The notes beneath the pieces were generated by a model. That model had not been told where the DNA came from, made no database searches, and saw nothing but the letters and a program-made list of their open reading frames with translations. From assembly GCA_951406725.2 (NCBI GenBank), contig OX597834.1, positions 35,774,001-35,838,000 of the forward strand: DNA of 64,000 bases, read 5' to 3'. The position numbers and the translations under genes were made by a program. This document shows positions 43,378 to 58,730 of this stretch, piece by piece (position 1 is the first letter of the stretch; each line of letters begins with the position of its first letter). This DNA comes from Octopus vulgaris (Eukaryota).

Positions 43378-43585
43378 GGTATTTCTCCCGTCGTTACGTT
43401 CTGAGTTCAAATTCCGCCGTGGTCGACTTTACCTTTCATTCTTTCGGGGTCGATTAAGTAAGTACCAGTTACGCACTAGGGTCGATCTAACAGACTTAAC
43501 CCCCTCCTCTAAGCTGCCCTTATTGCAAAAATTTGAAACCATCCTCCTCCTCCTCATCATCATCATTATCATTATTATCATTATT

Positions 43586-43618
<33 letters not shown>

Positions 43619-44343
43619 CAGGCGGTGAGCTGGCAGAATCGTTAGCACGTCAGGTAAAATGCTTAGCAGTACTTTTCGCCCCTGAGTTGAAATTCTGCTG
43701 AGATCGACTTTACAGTTCATCCTTCCGGGGTCGATAATATAAGTACCAGTCGAGCAGTGGGGGTCGACGTAATCGATTTATCCCCATCCCGAAATTTCTG
43801 GCCCTGTACCAAAATGTGAAAAAACAATTTTAAAAAGACAGATTTTTAGCCTTGTCATTTAAAACAAAAAAAAAACAAAAACAGCGTAGTGATACAACGC
43901 TGTGTGATAAGGCTTCATAAAATATCAGGCAAGGCCCAATTACTCCTCACGTTTTATCGCCTTTATTTATCTTTCATTTAACTTCCAACTTTTGTGTCTA
44001 TTTAAACATCAGCGTAAAAAAAAAAAAAAAATCTTTTGTTGAAATATCCCGAGGTGAATGGAGTGCATATTTTCATGCAAAACCACCCTCTCTGCCACCC
44101 CAGCATCTATATATCTCTTCAAATACAACATCAATGCGGTTTTTTTTTATACCTGTTTTTCATTGTTTGCCTTTTGTCTTTTCTGCTTCTTGTTTTTTTT
44201 TTTTTTGCTTTGCTTTTAACGTTTAAAAAATATTCTTATATATTTTATCATTTTATGTACTGTGGATATTATGTATATTTATATATTTTCTATATCTGTT
44301 TATGTTTTATATATTTGAATTATATGTATTCATATAATATTAT

Positions 44344-44395
<52 letters not shown>

Positions 44396-45023
44396 CACAT
44401 ACATATATATACATGCATATATATATATACATACATACATATATATATATATACATACATATATACACATACATACATATATACTCATACATACACATAT
44501 ATACATATACATATATACATATACATATATACACACACATACATACATACATATATACACGTACATACATATATACACACACATACATACATATATACAC
44601 ATACATACATACATATATACACATACATACATACGCATACACACATACATACATACGCATACACACATACATACATATATACACATACATACACATACAT
44701 ACATACATATATACACATACATACATATACATATATATATATATGCTTTCTATATCTATACGTTTTTAGTCTTTTTATATGTTTATATATTTTATACATC
44801 TATGATAGTTATACGTTTGCTATATTCATAGAGTTGTCGTTAGCAAAATTTCTCGGCCGTCGGGCAATAGAAAGAGTCATTCACAAAACGCATACACAAC
44901 ATAACACACACACACACACAATTCAAAAGACACAATATAGCACTCGCACAATACACACACGCACAAAATAAATCGCAAACACGCGCACAAACCCACACAC
45001 AGACAAGAACACACACACACACA

Positions 45024-45081
<58 letters not shown>

Positions 45082-45541
45082 AAGAGGAGAGACTAAAGGT
45101 CCAATCGCTAAAGGTTTCTCTCCCGATTCGTTGTTCCAATGGCTGACAGTTAAAGTTTGATTACGCTTCGTTTTGGCGGTTTTTTCCCTCCATTAACAAT
45201 GGTTATATTTCACTTTTGTTCTTTTTCTTATAATCTTCGCCTTTTTTTTTTCTTTTCTAGTTCTATGCAGTATCGATGTCCAAATGAAAATTGATGGATT
45301 AAATGTAAATTAATTCTGTTGTTGTTGTTTGTGTCTTCATTAGAAAGTGATCGATAGCGTATTTTTTATTGTGTTTTTTTTTTCGAAAATGAAAACACAA
45401 CACACAAAACAAAAAAACAAAAAAAAATCCTAAAAAGTTGTGAATACTCTCAAAACAAACCACTTCTCTTTGTTTGTTGTTATCGCCAAATAATGAACGA
45501 AAACTGACGGCATGTGTTGAAAGATTGATTAAATAACGGCC

Positions 45542-45598
45542 ATGAGGATAATGATGATGAAGATGATGATGATGATGGTGATAATGATGATGATGATA

Positions 45599-45632
<34 letters not shown>

Positions 45633-45708
45633 GTAATGATGATGATGATAAATGATGATGATGATGATGATGATGATGATGGTGATGATGGTGATGATGA
45701 TGATGATA

Positions 45709-45765
<57 letters not shown>

Positions 45766-45855
45766 GATAGATGATGATGATGATGATGATGATGAAGATG
45801 ATAATGATGATGATGATGATGATGATGATGATAGATGATGATGATGATGATGAAG

Positions 45856-45887
<32 letters not shown>

Positions 45888-46630
45888 GATAGATGATGAT
45901 GATGATGATGATGAAGATGATAATGATGATGATGATGATGATGATGAAGATGATAATGATGATGATGATGATGATGATGATGACGGCGACGACGATGACG
46001 GTGATGATGATGACGACGAGGATGATGGTAATGATGATGATGACGATGATGATGAAGATGATGACGATGATGGCGATAGCAGCTGTGGTGGTGGTGGTGG
46101 TGGTGGTGGTGGTGGTGGTAATTATGGTGATCACGATGATGATGGTGATGATGGCGATATCGACAATGATGATGATGGTTGTGATAGTGCTGGTAGTGGC
46201 AAATGGTTGTTATAAATAACGATGATGACGATGATGGTGGTGATGATGGTGGTGGTGATGTTTAGTGAGGGTGAGTGGGATAAATGGTACTGATAGATGG
46301 TGATGATGATGGTGATTGGTGGTGGTGGTACATGATGCTGGTGATGTTGAAGAGGATGACGACGTAGCGATCGTAGTGGTGGTGGTGGTGATGATGATGA
46401 TGATGATGTAGAGGAAGAAGAAGAAGAAGAAGAAGAAGAAGAAGAAGAAGAAGAAGAAGAAGAAGAAGAAGAAGAAGAAGAAGAAGAAGAAAAAAGAAGA
46501 AGAAGAAGAAGAAAAAGAAGAAGAAGAAGAAGAAGAAGAAGAAGAAGAAGAAGAAGAAGAAGAAGAAGAAGAAGAAGAAGAAAAAGAAGAAAAAGAGGAT
46601 AGATGTGTTATTATTATTATTATTATTAAT
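45542..46630. repeat. (GAT)n/(GGT)n tract followed by (GAA)n
   Basis: Directly visible. Confidence 0.95.
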
Positions 46631-46812
46631 AACTGTTTCAATAAAGCTCACTCCCACATTCGTCTGTTATTGAAAATTGTTTTTTTTTCGGATGTTGACC
46701 TCTTTCCGTATTATCCTTCAATTGGTGCAAGAAACTCCGAACCAGCCTCGATCTTAGATATGCTTTTCCCTATACTATGGATATTAATTCATTTCTAGGA
46801 CTTTTCAAACGA

Positions 46813-47040
46813 ATCACGTGAGTTTTTCGTATCTTTTTCTTTTTACAAATAAATTTAACGCCTTCTACTATATAAAGGCGAGCGGTGCCGTAGCGTAATA
46901 TTCATCCAAATATTTGCCGTTTTCTCCATATTCTCCACGATTTTACTTCTTGAATACGAGCTAAGAAGCGTTGCGCTCATTTGAATTTTTTGACGGGAAT
47001 TTACGCTCTCAGATTGATTTTTAAATATGCCGCCATGTTC
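46813..47040. promoter_or_regulatory. Candidate core promoter
   Basis: CpG-containing unique segment with TCACGTGA (~46814), TATATAAAG (46869-46877), TCA ~33 bp downstream and GCCGCCATGTT (47029-47039). No transcript evidence. Confidence 0.25.
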
Positions 47041-47624
47041 TACGATATGAAACCGCAATTACAGACAACTTTGTAGGCAAAAAAATGTCAAAAACAGAAA
47101 CACATAGGACAACCAAAACATCGTTAAGGAAAATTGAATGAGAAAGATTCTTTATGATTACTAGACATGCTAGAAATAATAACAAATTTCTCTTAAGTCT
47201 CCTCCTTCTATCGTAAGTAAAAAATCCAAATAGCATATTTGGAATGCGTATTTCTAGATAGAGTATATCAGAATTTTGTTGTTGTTCTGGAAAAGTCATT
47301 ACGCCATACTGGCGTGTGTCATTCAATCAATGTATTGGCGTTCTGAAGACACAACAAAATTTGTTTCAATATACGAATTCACATAAAGAATCTTGCAAGC
47401 CAAACACAAAAGCAACATGTATCTGAATGAAGGGCAAAATGTTCATTGTCCTAAAATTCTGCTCTTAGGTTTTGCAGGGTAATAGCATGTTTAAGAAATA
47501 AATACATAGATAATCCTGCAACGACAGTGCGTATTTTATGGCAAACATAATAATATGAAAATGTACGAAATATATCAAGCATTCACTCCATTGCATAGTT
47601 TGATACGTGCACCGATGTGTCATT

Positions 47625-47666
<42 letters not shown>

Positions 47667-48065
47667 TATAGATATATACACATACATATATGTATATATA
47701 TATATATATATATATAGATATATATAGATATATACACATACATATATGTATATATATATATATATATATAGATATATATAGATATATACACATACATATA
47801 TGTATATATATATATATATATATATAGATATATACACATACATATATGTATATATATATATATATACATATATGTATATATATATATATATATAGATATA
47901 TATAGATATATACACATACATATATGTATATACATATATATCTGTGAGTGTGTGTGTGTGTGTGTATGTGTTATTATTCAGTTTATTTCAAGATTACTTG
48001 CCAGTAGAAAAAGAACCGGTTTCTAACCTAGATCCAAAGCTCTTTCATTGAAATCTATGCCTGAA

Positions 48066-49646
<1,581 letters not shown>

Positions 49647-49870
49647 CAGTTTTGTTTTATATATGCATTCTCATGCATATAGTTGCACATCTAGACATGC
49701 TCATATATATTTAAAGAAAAAAACTTCTGGAAAGTTTTACAGATCTTTACAGCTCCGTGATGGATTGGATCTGTACTCTTCGAATTAGCTTCCTCCTTTC
49801 TGGTTTTGAGAAGCCTAATTTCTCAACATTGGTATTTAGGCAGTGTGTTACATATCCCAGGGCCCCAATA

Positions 49871-49903
<33 letters not shown>

Positions 49904-50179
49904 TGTATGTATGTATGTATGTATGCATGTATGTATGTATGTATGTATGTATGCATGTATGTATGCATGCATGCATGTATGTGTCAATGTTGTGTATAAT
50001 ACTTACTGGGAAAATTCATGAATATCATGGTTACGTAAGGATAGAATATACCATAAATATAGAGTATATGTTTGTATACTAAAGAAGCAAGACCTCACAG
50101 CTTACACGGACAGGTTCAATACTCAGTGTATCTCATCAGAGGTCAGAAACGAAGCAAAATTGAATATGTACAAATTATA

Positions 50180-50271
<92 letters not shown>

Positions 50272-50436
50272 CGTGTGTGTGTACTACTTCTACTAATACT
50301 GCTAATAGGTTTATGTCGACTTTGAGAATTTAACATGATTTGCTAATTGTCCCTTTTGATATCAAATTAATTACGTAAACTAAAGATATTATCATTCTGT
50401 TTTCCATCGCATAAAATTATAAATATATGATAGAAT

Positions 50437-50490
50437 ACCTTGTGAGTGGATTTGGTAGACGGAAACTGAAAGAAGCCTGTCGTATATATG

Positions 50491-50523
<33 letters not shown>

Positions 50524-50742
50524 TTGTGTGTGTGTGTTTGTCCCCCTAGCATTGCTTGACAACTGATGCTGGTGTGTTTACGTCCCCGTCACTTAGAGGT
50601 TCGGCAAAAGTGAGACCGATAGAATAAGTACTGGGCTTACAAAGAACAAGTCCCGGGGTCGATTTGCTCGACTAAAGGCGGTGCTCCAGCATGGCCGCAG
50701 TCAAATGACTGAAACAAGTAAAAGAGTAAAAGAGTAAAGAGT
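50437..50742 (+). mobile_element. SINE family B, 3' portion
   Basis: Collinear with 12945-13252, ending in a (GTAAAAGA)n tail. Confidence 0.85.
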
Positions 50743-51157
50743 AATAGGTACAACTATTTCATACCCACTTTCCGAATGCCGTCTGTGGTGCTTTTCACCT
50801 GCTCGTATTCTCCATCCTATCCTGTCAATTTCAATAGTCGAAGCAGATGTCTTACTTCTTTCAAGCAAGACGTTTAGCATCTTAAACCTCCGCAAGTAAA
50901 TTCCATAAATATCTCAACTGACATTAGAAATATTTGCGTTCCATTGCTAACAGTCCCGAACTTTCTTTTATGTAGTATTTTTTTTTCTTTTGTAATTCTT
51001 TAATGTTTACAAGAAATTTATTGCGTGAATGTGTGTGTGTGTGTGTGTGTGTGTGCACTAATTTATCTTTAGGGTGATTTTTAAAAAAATGGACGTAAAA
51101 TATTACGGTGTAGGCATTTAGATTTTAATTCTAAGTGTACTCATATACATACGTACG

Positions 51158-51189
<32 letters not shown>

Positions 51190-51316
51190 TACATACATAC
51201 ACACATATATATATATATACATATACGTTTGCATATCTAGTTGCATATATACATTTATATGTATGTATTTATATATATTAACTTATTAATATGCATACAC
51301 ATCATGGATATGTATG

Positions 51317-51392
<76 letters not shown>

Positions 51393-51398
<6 letters not shown>

Positions 51399-51604
51399 GG
51401 TTTGGAGATGATGTACAGGTATTATATATTAGAAGAAATGAGGTACTCAGAAATCCGGATGGTTTTATATTTACAGATATTTATTAGTATGTTACATGTT
51501 TTTATAAATCATATATCATATATAAGCGCTTTCGTCCACTCTAGTGGATTTTTCAAAAACAAAATGAGGTACTCAGATTTCTGAGTACCTCATTTCTTCT
51601 AATA

Positions 51605-51605
<1 letters not shown>
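51393..51605. mobile_element. pLTR-like insertion in (TA)n with inverted terminal segment and decayed hammerhead
   Basis: TATTAGAAGAAATGAGGTACTCAGAAATC (~51427-51455) is the reverse complement of ~51577-51604. Minus strand at 51521-51558 has TCCAC(taga)GTGGAc-GAAA-GCGC-TT with a degenerate core. A related copy lies at ~12205-12285. Confidence 0.55.
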
Positions 51606-51659
<54 letters not shown>

Positions 51660-52268
51660 GTGTAAATGTGCACATGCTCTGTCACAGCGTGCGATTATAT
51701 CGCGGTTCTCTCACTCTTACGATATTTAAAAGAAAACAAATCAACGTCGGCTGATGTAGTTCCAGACACAATATGTCTGCTTTAAAAACAAGCATGATCA
51801 CAGCTGGGACATCTTTGATCCTAAGTGTGCCGGATGATGGCCACCGTAGGGTTAAACAACAACAACAACAACAACAATAATAATAATAATTGTAACAATA
51901 ACAGTAACAACAATATAAGCTAACATGCACGCCGTGAAAGAATGGACGAAAAACTATAAACTCTAGAAGAAAATGGCGGTTGGGTATCGAAAGAAACTCA
52001 ACAAAGAAACAGTGTGAAATATGTGAAGTGTTGAATGTGAGTGGGAAGTGAAAATCCGATTAACCGGAAGTGATAGAACGGAAGTTAGACGTGGTGTGAT
52101 TACTACTTAACACATACCAAAGTGTTTGAAAATAAAAAAAAACAACACCAAGATTTGCAATGTGCGTATGGAAGTGAATATGTGTAAGAATGTGTGCGTG
52201 TGTGTGTGTGTATATATATATGTGTGTGCGTGTGTGTGTGTGTGTGCGTGGTTGTGTGTATATAAATG

Positions 52269-52311
<43 letters not shown>

Positions 52312-52316
52312 ATGCG

Positions 52317-52358
<42 letters not shown>

Positions 52359-52479
52359 CGTGGTTGTGTGTATATAAATGTATATATATATATGTGTGTG
52401 TGTGTATATATATGTGTGTGTGTATATGTGTGTGTATATATATATATGTGTGTGTGTGTGCGTGGTTGTGTGTATATAA

Positions 52480-52519
<40 letters not shown>

Positions 52520-53244
52520 GTGTGAGTGCATGCATATATATGCGTGTATATATATGTGTATATAGACATATATGTGTGTATACATTATATACTCTATGTA
52601 CACGTTTGGTGCAATATATCTACATATATATAGACTGAGATATCAAGATGTCTCACCTGAATCCAGCTAAGCTGGTAAATTTCTGCACACTGTAATGATA
52701 TGTAAAAATAAAAAAATAAAATAAAAAGATGAGAAAAGAAAATGACACACACACAAAACAAAACAAACAAAAAAAAACATGTGATCAATGTGTGTTTGAA
52801 CCTCCAATTAACATTTAGAGCTGATAATGTAAACGATTTAATTTTTAATTGTAAATGAATAGAAAGGAATATTTAATGAATATTTTTACTTACATGATGG
52901 GTATTCAGTGATGGATATGTATGCGTTTATATGGTGAGAGGGAGAGAGAGAAAGAGAGAGAAGAAGAGAGAGGGGGAGGTAGAGAGGGAGAGAGAGAGAG
53001 GAGAAGAGAGAGGGAGAGATGAGAATAGAGAGGGAGAGAGAGGGAGAGATAGATAGAAATAGAGGGAGCGAGAGGGAGAGAAAGAGAAAGAGAGAGGGAG
53101 AGAGAAGAGAGGGAGAGAGAAGAGAGGGAGAGAGAAGAGAGAGGGAGAGAGAAGAGAGAGGGAGAGAGAAGAGAGAGGGAGAGAGAGAGAAAAAGAGATG
53201 GAGAGAGAGGGAAATAGAGGGAGCGAGAGAGAGAGAAGGAGAAA

Positions 53245-53585
53245 GAATGAAAGGCAAAGACGACCCCGGCGAAACTTGAAGTCAGAATGTGAAAACGGAC
53301 GAAATGCCGCTAAGCATTTTGTCCGACGTACTAACAATTCTGCCAGCTCACAGCGCCCTACGGATAATAATACTTTCCACAATAGACACAAGGCTTGAAA
53401 TTTGAGGGGAGGGCACCAGTGGATTACATCGACCCCGAAGGACGAAATGCAAAGTCGACCTCTGCAGAATTTGAACTCAGATCGTAGCGACGGGCGAAAT
53501 ACCGCTAAGCATTTCGTCCATCATGCTCACGATTCTGCCAGCTCACCATGCCTTACGAATAATAATTCTTTCTACTAAAGGTACA
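53245..53585 (-). mobile_element. SINE A fragments
   Basis: Family core and head sequences. Confidence 0.8.
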
Positions 53586-53659
53586 ACTCGCTAATCGATC
53601 ATTTATTTCATAGACAATTAAACAATTGATTGTTTTTCTTTTTATCCAACACATTAAAC

Positions 53660-53928
53660 CAGAAGTTCTGAATCAGAGTCCATATGACCCTCAAGGTTCC
53701 ATATAAGATTTTTGCTGTTAAACTTTATGTGCGATAAATTGGCTATATTTCTTCAATACACAAAATATCTTAATAATCCTTTATACAATTTCTAATAATA
53801 TTCAGTTATAAAAAATATATAAAACAAATTTTTAAATATCGAACGGCTATGAGAATCCATCCGAGTGAAATAGCAATCAAAGGAGTTCAGAGGTAAAAGA
53901 AAAAGAAAAAATGGTTTGAGAAACCCTG
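53660..53928. mobile_element. Decayed hAT-like MITE
   Basis: Ends CAGAAGTTCTGAA and TTGAGAAACCCTG resemble CAGGGGTTCTCAA-type TIRs. No clean TSD. Confidence 0.4.
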
Positions 53929-55030
53929 AGGTGAACAAATTATCGATTAGCTAGTTCGTTAGATAGTTAACCGATTGTCTAACAATGTGATATTGAACCA
54001 ATGCGTGTGTTTATTATTATTATTGGCGTAATGGCCGTCCCAAGAAACGAAGAGGTTATTCTTATTAATGAATTAAATTTCTCTATCAACAGCAGACAAA
54101 AGATGTTCAAAGCTAACTGTCTAATATGCCACGATCATCCATCAGCACATTACTGCATAACACAGAACTGACATCATCTCCATTGGACTCTCGGTGAGTG
54201 AGTTTTCAAAACTGCAATATTAAAATATTAAGTAAAAGTGTAAACCGATGTTCTTACTTGGCTTTCCTTTCCACTTCGCTTTCCTTTCCTTTTTGTAGTT
54301 GTTTTCTTAAACACTTTACCATAATGCCTTATAATAAATAGCTCCCATATACATAAACATATTCATGTGCATATACATAAAACACATAAACAACAGACGA
54401 GTTCAGTTCCTCATCAGCTGTCGACCAAGTATCATCATAGTTTCGATACCTTCCGACTATATTGTTCAATATGTCAAAGTCAGCAGCAATAATTGCTGGT
54501 TCGTATACCTACATACACACACACACACAAACACATGCATACATACATTCATGTGTGTGTGTGTATGTGTGTGTATGTGTGTGTGTACATACACAGAGTT
54601 CTTTAACTATCGGCGTCGAATAAGAGCTTTCGCAGAATGCAGTCCTGCAGCCAATTGGTGTAGAAATAAATCACGTACACTATGTGTGTGCAAACGATAA
54701 TGTTGATATATATATATATACATAAATATATATGCATATAACTGTGTGTATGTGTGTGTTTACGTCCCGGTAAGCTAGCGGTTCAGCAAAAGAGATCCGA
54801 CAGAGCAAGTACCAGGTGTAAGGGTTACAAAAAAACAATAATAATAATAATAATAGTAATAATAATAAATATATAAAAATTTACTTCAGCTAGATTTGAA
54901 ACCGCAAATAGGAAAGGAAACAGTTTTTAAATTAAGATGCATTAACCAAATACTTAAGAGCTTCTCATCTAATCATTACCTCTTGATGCTAAACAATAAT
55001 TCTTTTATTCCCTTTTTTCGTTTATTATTA

Positions 55031-55073
<43 letters not shown>

Positions 55074-55624
55074 CTCTTTTTGCTTTTGACGAGATCAACA
55101 ATCTGCTCTGTAGCAAGTATTGTTATCTTTACGCCATGTTTTCATTCACGTAAGAGATACATTTACAAGAAAGGCCTCCTCCTCTTCCCCCTCCTCTTCA
55201 TTCCACTCTGTAAATACATTACGCTAAACTAAATCGCAAAACACACTTACACTCGCGCACGCAAACTCACCGCTCTCCTGCGCGCACACACGCCAACATG
55301 TGTGCTATATTCATATGCCGTGCGTATGTCTGTGTGTATATGTATGTATATGTATGTACGCGCGTGTATTATGTATAGCTATAGGTAAGTATAAATATAT
55401 GCATCAGTATACATATATATACATATATATATATACACACATATATATATATATACATATATATACATATATATACATACATATATATACCTATATATAT
55501 ACACATATATATACATAAATATATATACATATATATATACATATGCATATATACATACACACATACGCATAAATATACATGCACACACATATATATATAC
55601 ACATACGCATAAATATACATGCAC

Positions 55625-55655
<31 letters not shown>

Positions 55656-55811
55656 CCCATGGATGCATGTATGCATATCTGTATATATAAGTGCATATAT
55701 ATATATAAGTGCATATATATATATATATATATATGTCTATGTATATAAGTGTGTATGTATATATGTGTGTATGCATTTATATATACACAAATGTGAACAT
55801 TTATACATACA

Positions 55812-55864
<53 letters not shown>

Positions 55865-55917
55865 ATGCATACATATATATATATATATATATATGTATTT
55901 GTATATAAGTGTGTATG

Positions 55918-55958
<41 letters not shown>

Positions 55959-56314
55959 GCACACAAATGGGTAAAGCAGCAGCAGGTGTGGTCTCAGTTC
56001 TTGTAGTGTTGGTGCTCTGTTTGTTATTTATTTCGGTGTTTATTTTTATCAACTGCCACAGAATTTCTTGCCAGAATATTCTTTGATTTAAAAGAGGGGG
56101 AGGAAACAGCGCGGGGGGGGGGAGAGCCCAAAACACACACACAAAAACCCAATAAATAACAGCAATAATAATAATAATGATAATAATAATAATAATAATA
56201 GTAACAACAACAACAACAACAACAAAACTCCAAATAAAAAATACATATTATATATTTATGTTTGTGCGTGTATACATATATATATATACACACACACTTA
56301 TGCATGTATTTGTG

Positions 56315-56384
<70 letters not shown>

Positions 56385-57182
56385 TGTGTGTGTGTGTTTG
56401 TGTGTATGTATATTCTACATATTCTACACACCAGTACATGTTTGCATTTTTGACTGAAATCTACCCAAAACCCGATTCTTGTATTTTTATTGTTTTGCTT
56501 TCATTATTTTCTGTTGCTTCTTTTTTGCCTCCCCCCCCCCCTATTTGTTTTATACTTTTGTTTGTTGTTGTTTCTTCTTTTTAACGTTTTGTTTGTATTC
56601 GGCGTAGTAAACCCTCCCCCATCCACCCCACCCCGCTTCTGGTGAAGTCCATCCATTAAGCACCTGTATTCAGCTGTCGACCGGAAACGACGAACGAATG
56701 CTGCCTACACGAAGCGAACTCGTGATCAATGCCGGTAAACAATTCAATAATAATAATAAAAAAAAAAATCAAAGCGAAAGGAACCCCACCCACCCCTTCA
56801 CCCGCAACACATACAAAAAAACACGTTATTGTTTTAATTTTATTTTGCTTTCATTATTATTATTATTTTTTTTTTTTTTTGCATATTTTACTTCTCCTCA
56901 GTCTCTTTGGTAGAATTATTTTCAATAATAATAATGGTTTTTTGATTTACTCAGAAGCCTTACAATTTTGAGTGAAGGCGATTAGTCGAAATCATCGACC
57001 CGTGTATATAACTGGCACTTGTTTCATCAACCTTGAAATGATAAAAGGTAAAATTGACCTCAGCGGAATTTGAACTCAGATCATAAAGTGCGGACCGAAA
57101 TGCCGCTAAATATTTCATCCGGTGCACTGATGATTTCGCCATCTCCCTGCCTAATTAATAATCCTTCCTAATATTGGCACAA

Positions 57183-57442
57183 GTTCTATATTTAAGAGAT
57201 GAGGAATTACGTACATTATTTACATCCGACGGATATTTGTCCTCATCTTGTTTGTTGTTAACACAACGTTTCGGTTGATATACCCTCCAGCCTTCATCGA
57301 AAAATACCTTAGGAATGAGAACCCAGTTTCGAAATTCCCCCAAGACACCTGATGAAAGCTGGAGAATATACCAGCCGAAATGTTGTGTTACCAACAAACA
57401 AGATGAGGACAAATGTCCGTCAAATGTAAAAAAATGTAATGT
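57183..57442. mobile_element. Fold-back (inverted pLTR-like) non-autonomous PLE insertion
   Basis: ~57215-57298 is the reverse complement of ~57351-57435. Contains a hammerhead motif. A truncated copy of the same family lies at 40019-40170. Confidence 0.7.
57344..57389 (+). ncRNA. Minimal type-I hammerhead-ribozyme-like motif
   Basis: GACAC-CTGATGA-aa-GCTGG(agaatata)CCAGC-c-GAAA-tg-TT-GTGTT. Stem I GACAC/GTGTT, 5-bp stem II, vestigial stem III. The inverted arm retains GAAACGTT. Confidence 0.7.
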
Positions 57443-57811
57443 ATTGGCACAAGGCCTGAAATTTGGCGAGGGGATGGGTCAAACCGATTTCAACAATCCC
57501 AGTGCTCAACTGGTACTTGTTTCATCGACTCTGGGAGGGGAGGATGGAAGGCAAAGTCAACCTGGGCGGAATTTGAACTCAGAACATTAAGATTGAGCGA
57601 AAGGCGGCGAAGCATTTTGTCCAGCATGTTAACGATTTTGCCAGTTCGTTGCCTTCACCGCCGAAATAATAATCCTTTCTACTTTAAGAAGAAGGCCTTA
57701 ACTTTTGTGGGGAGGGGTCTAGTCGATTACATAGAACTCATTTTGTCTGGAGTGTTAGCGATTCTGCCACTTCACCGCCTTATGAAACGCTTAATATTTA
57801 GAATAATAGAA

Positions 57812-58043
57812 GGCGGCGAGTTGATAGAAACGTTAGCGCGCCGGGCGAAATGCGTAGCCGTATTTCGTCTGCCGTTACGTTCTGAGTTCAAATTCCGCCG
57901 AGGTCGACTTTGCCTTTCATCCTTTCGGGGTGGATAAATTAAGTACCAGTTACGCCCTGGGGTCGATGTAAAACGACTTAATCCGTTTGTCTGTCCTTGT
58001 TTGTCCCCTCTGTGTTTAGCCCCTTGTGGGTAGTAAAGAAATA
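57812..58043 (+). mobile_element. SINE family A, young copy with 18-bp target-site duplication
   Basis: AATATTTAGAATAATAGA at 57793-57810 and 58044-58061 flanks a full-length copy. Confidence 0.92.
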
Positions 58044-58497
58044 AATATTTAGAATAATAGATTTTTCCAAGTGAACGTGGAAGAAAACTTATTTTGCCCC
58101 CAAATTTACAAAAGTAGCTTACCAACCCCCAACAAATTATTTATTTAGCCATAGCGTATTATCTTGATCATTTTAAATTCCTGGTTATTGAGAATTATAA
58201 GTAAAATCAAATTTTGGAAGCGCCATAATATTCCCAAGCCGAAAACAAACTCTGACAGGAAAAATGTTAAGGAATCGAGTAAAATATTTACATGTTCTGA
58301 TAAAACTAAAAACTAAAACGAATTATATAACGCCATCGACGCGCTTAAAACTATAGCAAATCCACTTCACACAAGTGTGGCGATATCAGTGTAGAAGCCA
58401 AAAGGAATGGTAACAAAATTAGATTATAGAAATCTGGCAAAGGGACACAATACAAAGGAACATAAAGAGTAACAGGAAACACGCACATAAATGACAC

Positions 58498-58730
58498 CTA
58501 TTTCTTTACTACCCATAAGGGGCTAAACACAGAGGAGACAAACAAGGACAGACAAACGGAATAAATCGATTACATTGACCCCAGTGCGTAACTGGTACTT
58601 AATTTATCGACCCCGAAAGGATGAAAGGCAAAGTCGACCTCGGCAGAATTTGAACTCAGAACGTAATAGCAGACGAAATACGGCTACGCATTTCGCCCGG
58701 CGTGCTAACGTTTCTGCCAGCTCGCCGCCT
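58498..58730 (-). mobile_element. SINE family A, full length, inside the PLE relic
   Basis: Near-identical reverse complement of 57812-58043. Confidence 0.9.

Larger units (their letters stand above)
56960..57781 (-). mobile_element. Cluster of older SINE A copies surrounding the fold-back pLTR
   Basis: GGAATTTGAACTCAG at ~57066 and ~57568. Confidence 0.75.

Noticed and set aside
54391-54423. Minus-strand CTGATGAG..GAACTCGTC
   Set aside because: Stem II is absent and GAAA is broken, so it could be chance.
57593-58125. Recurrent ORFs containing FKFRRGRLCLSSF or KDERQSRPRRNLNS
   Set aside because: Chance translations of SINE family A.
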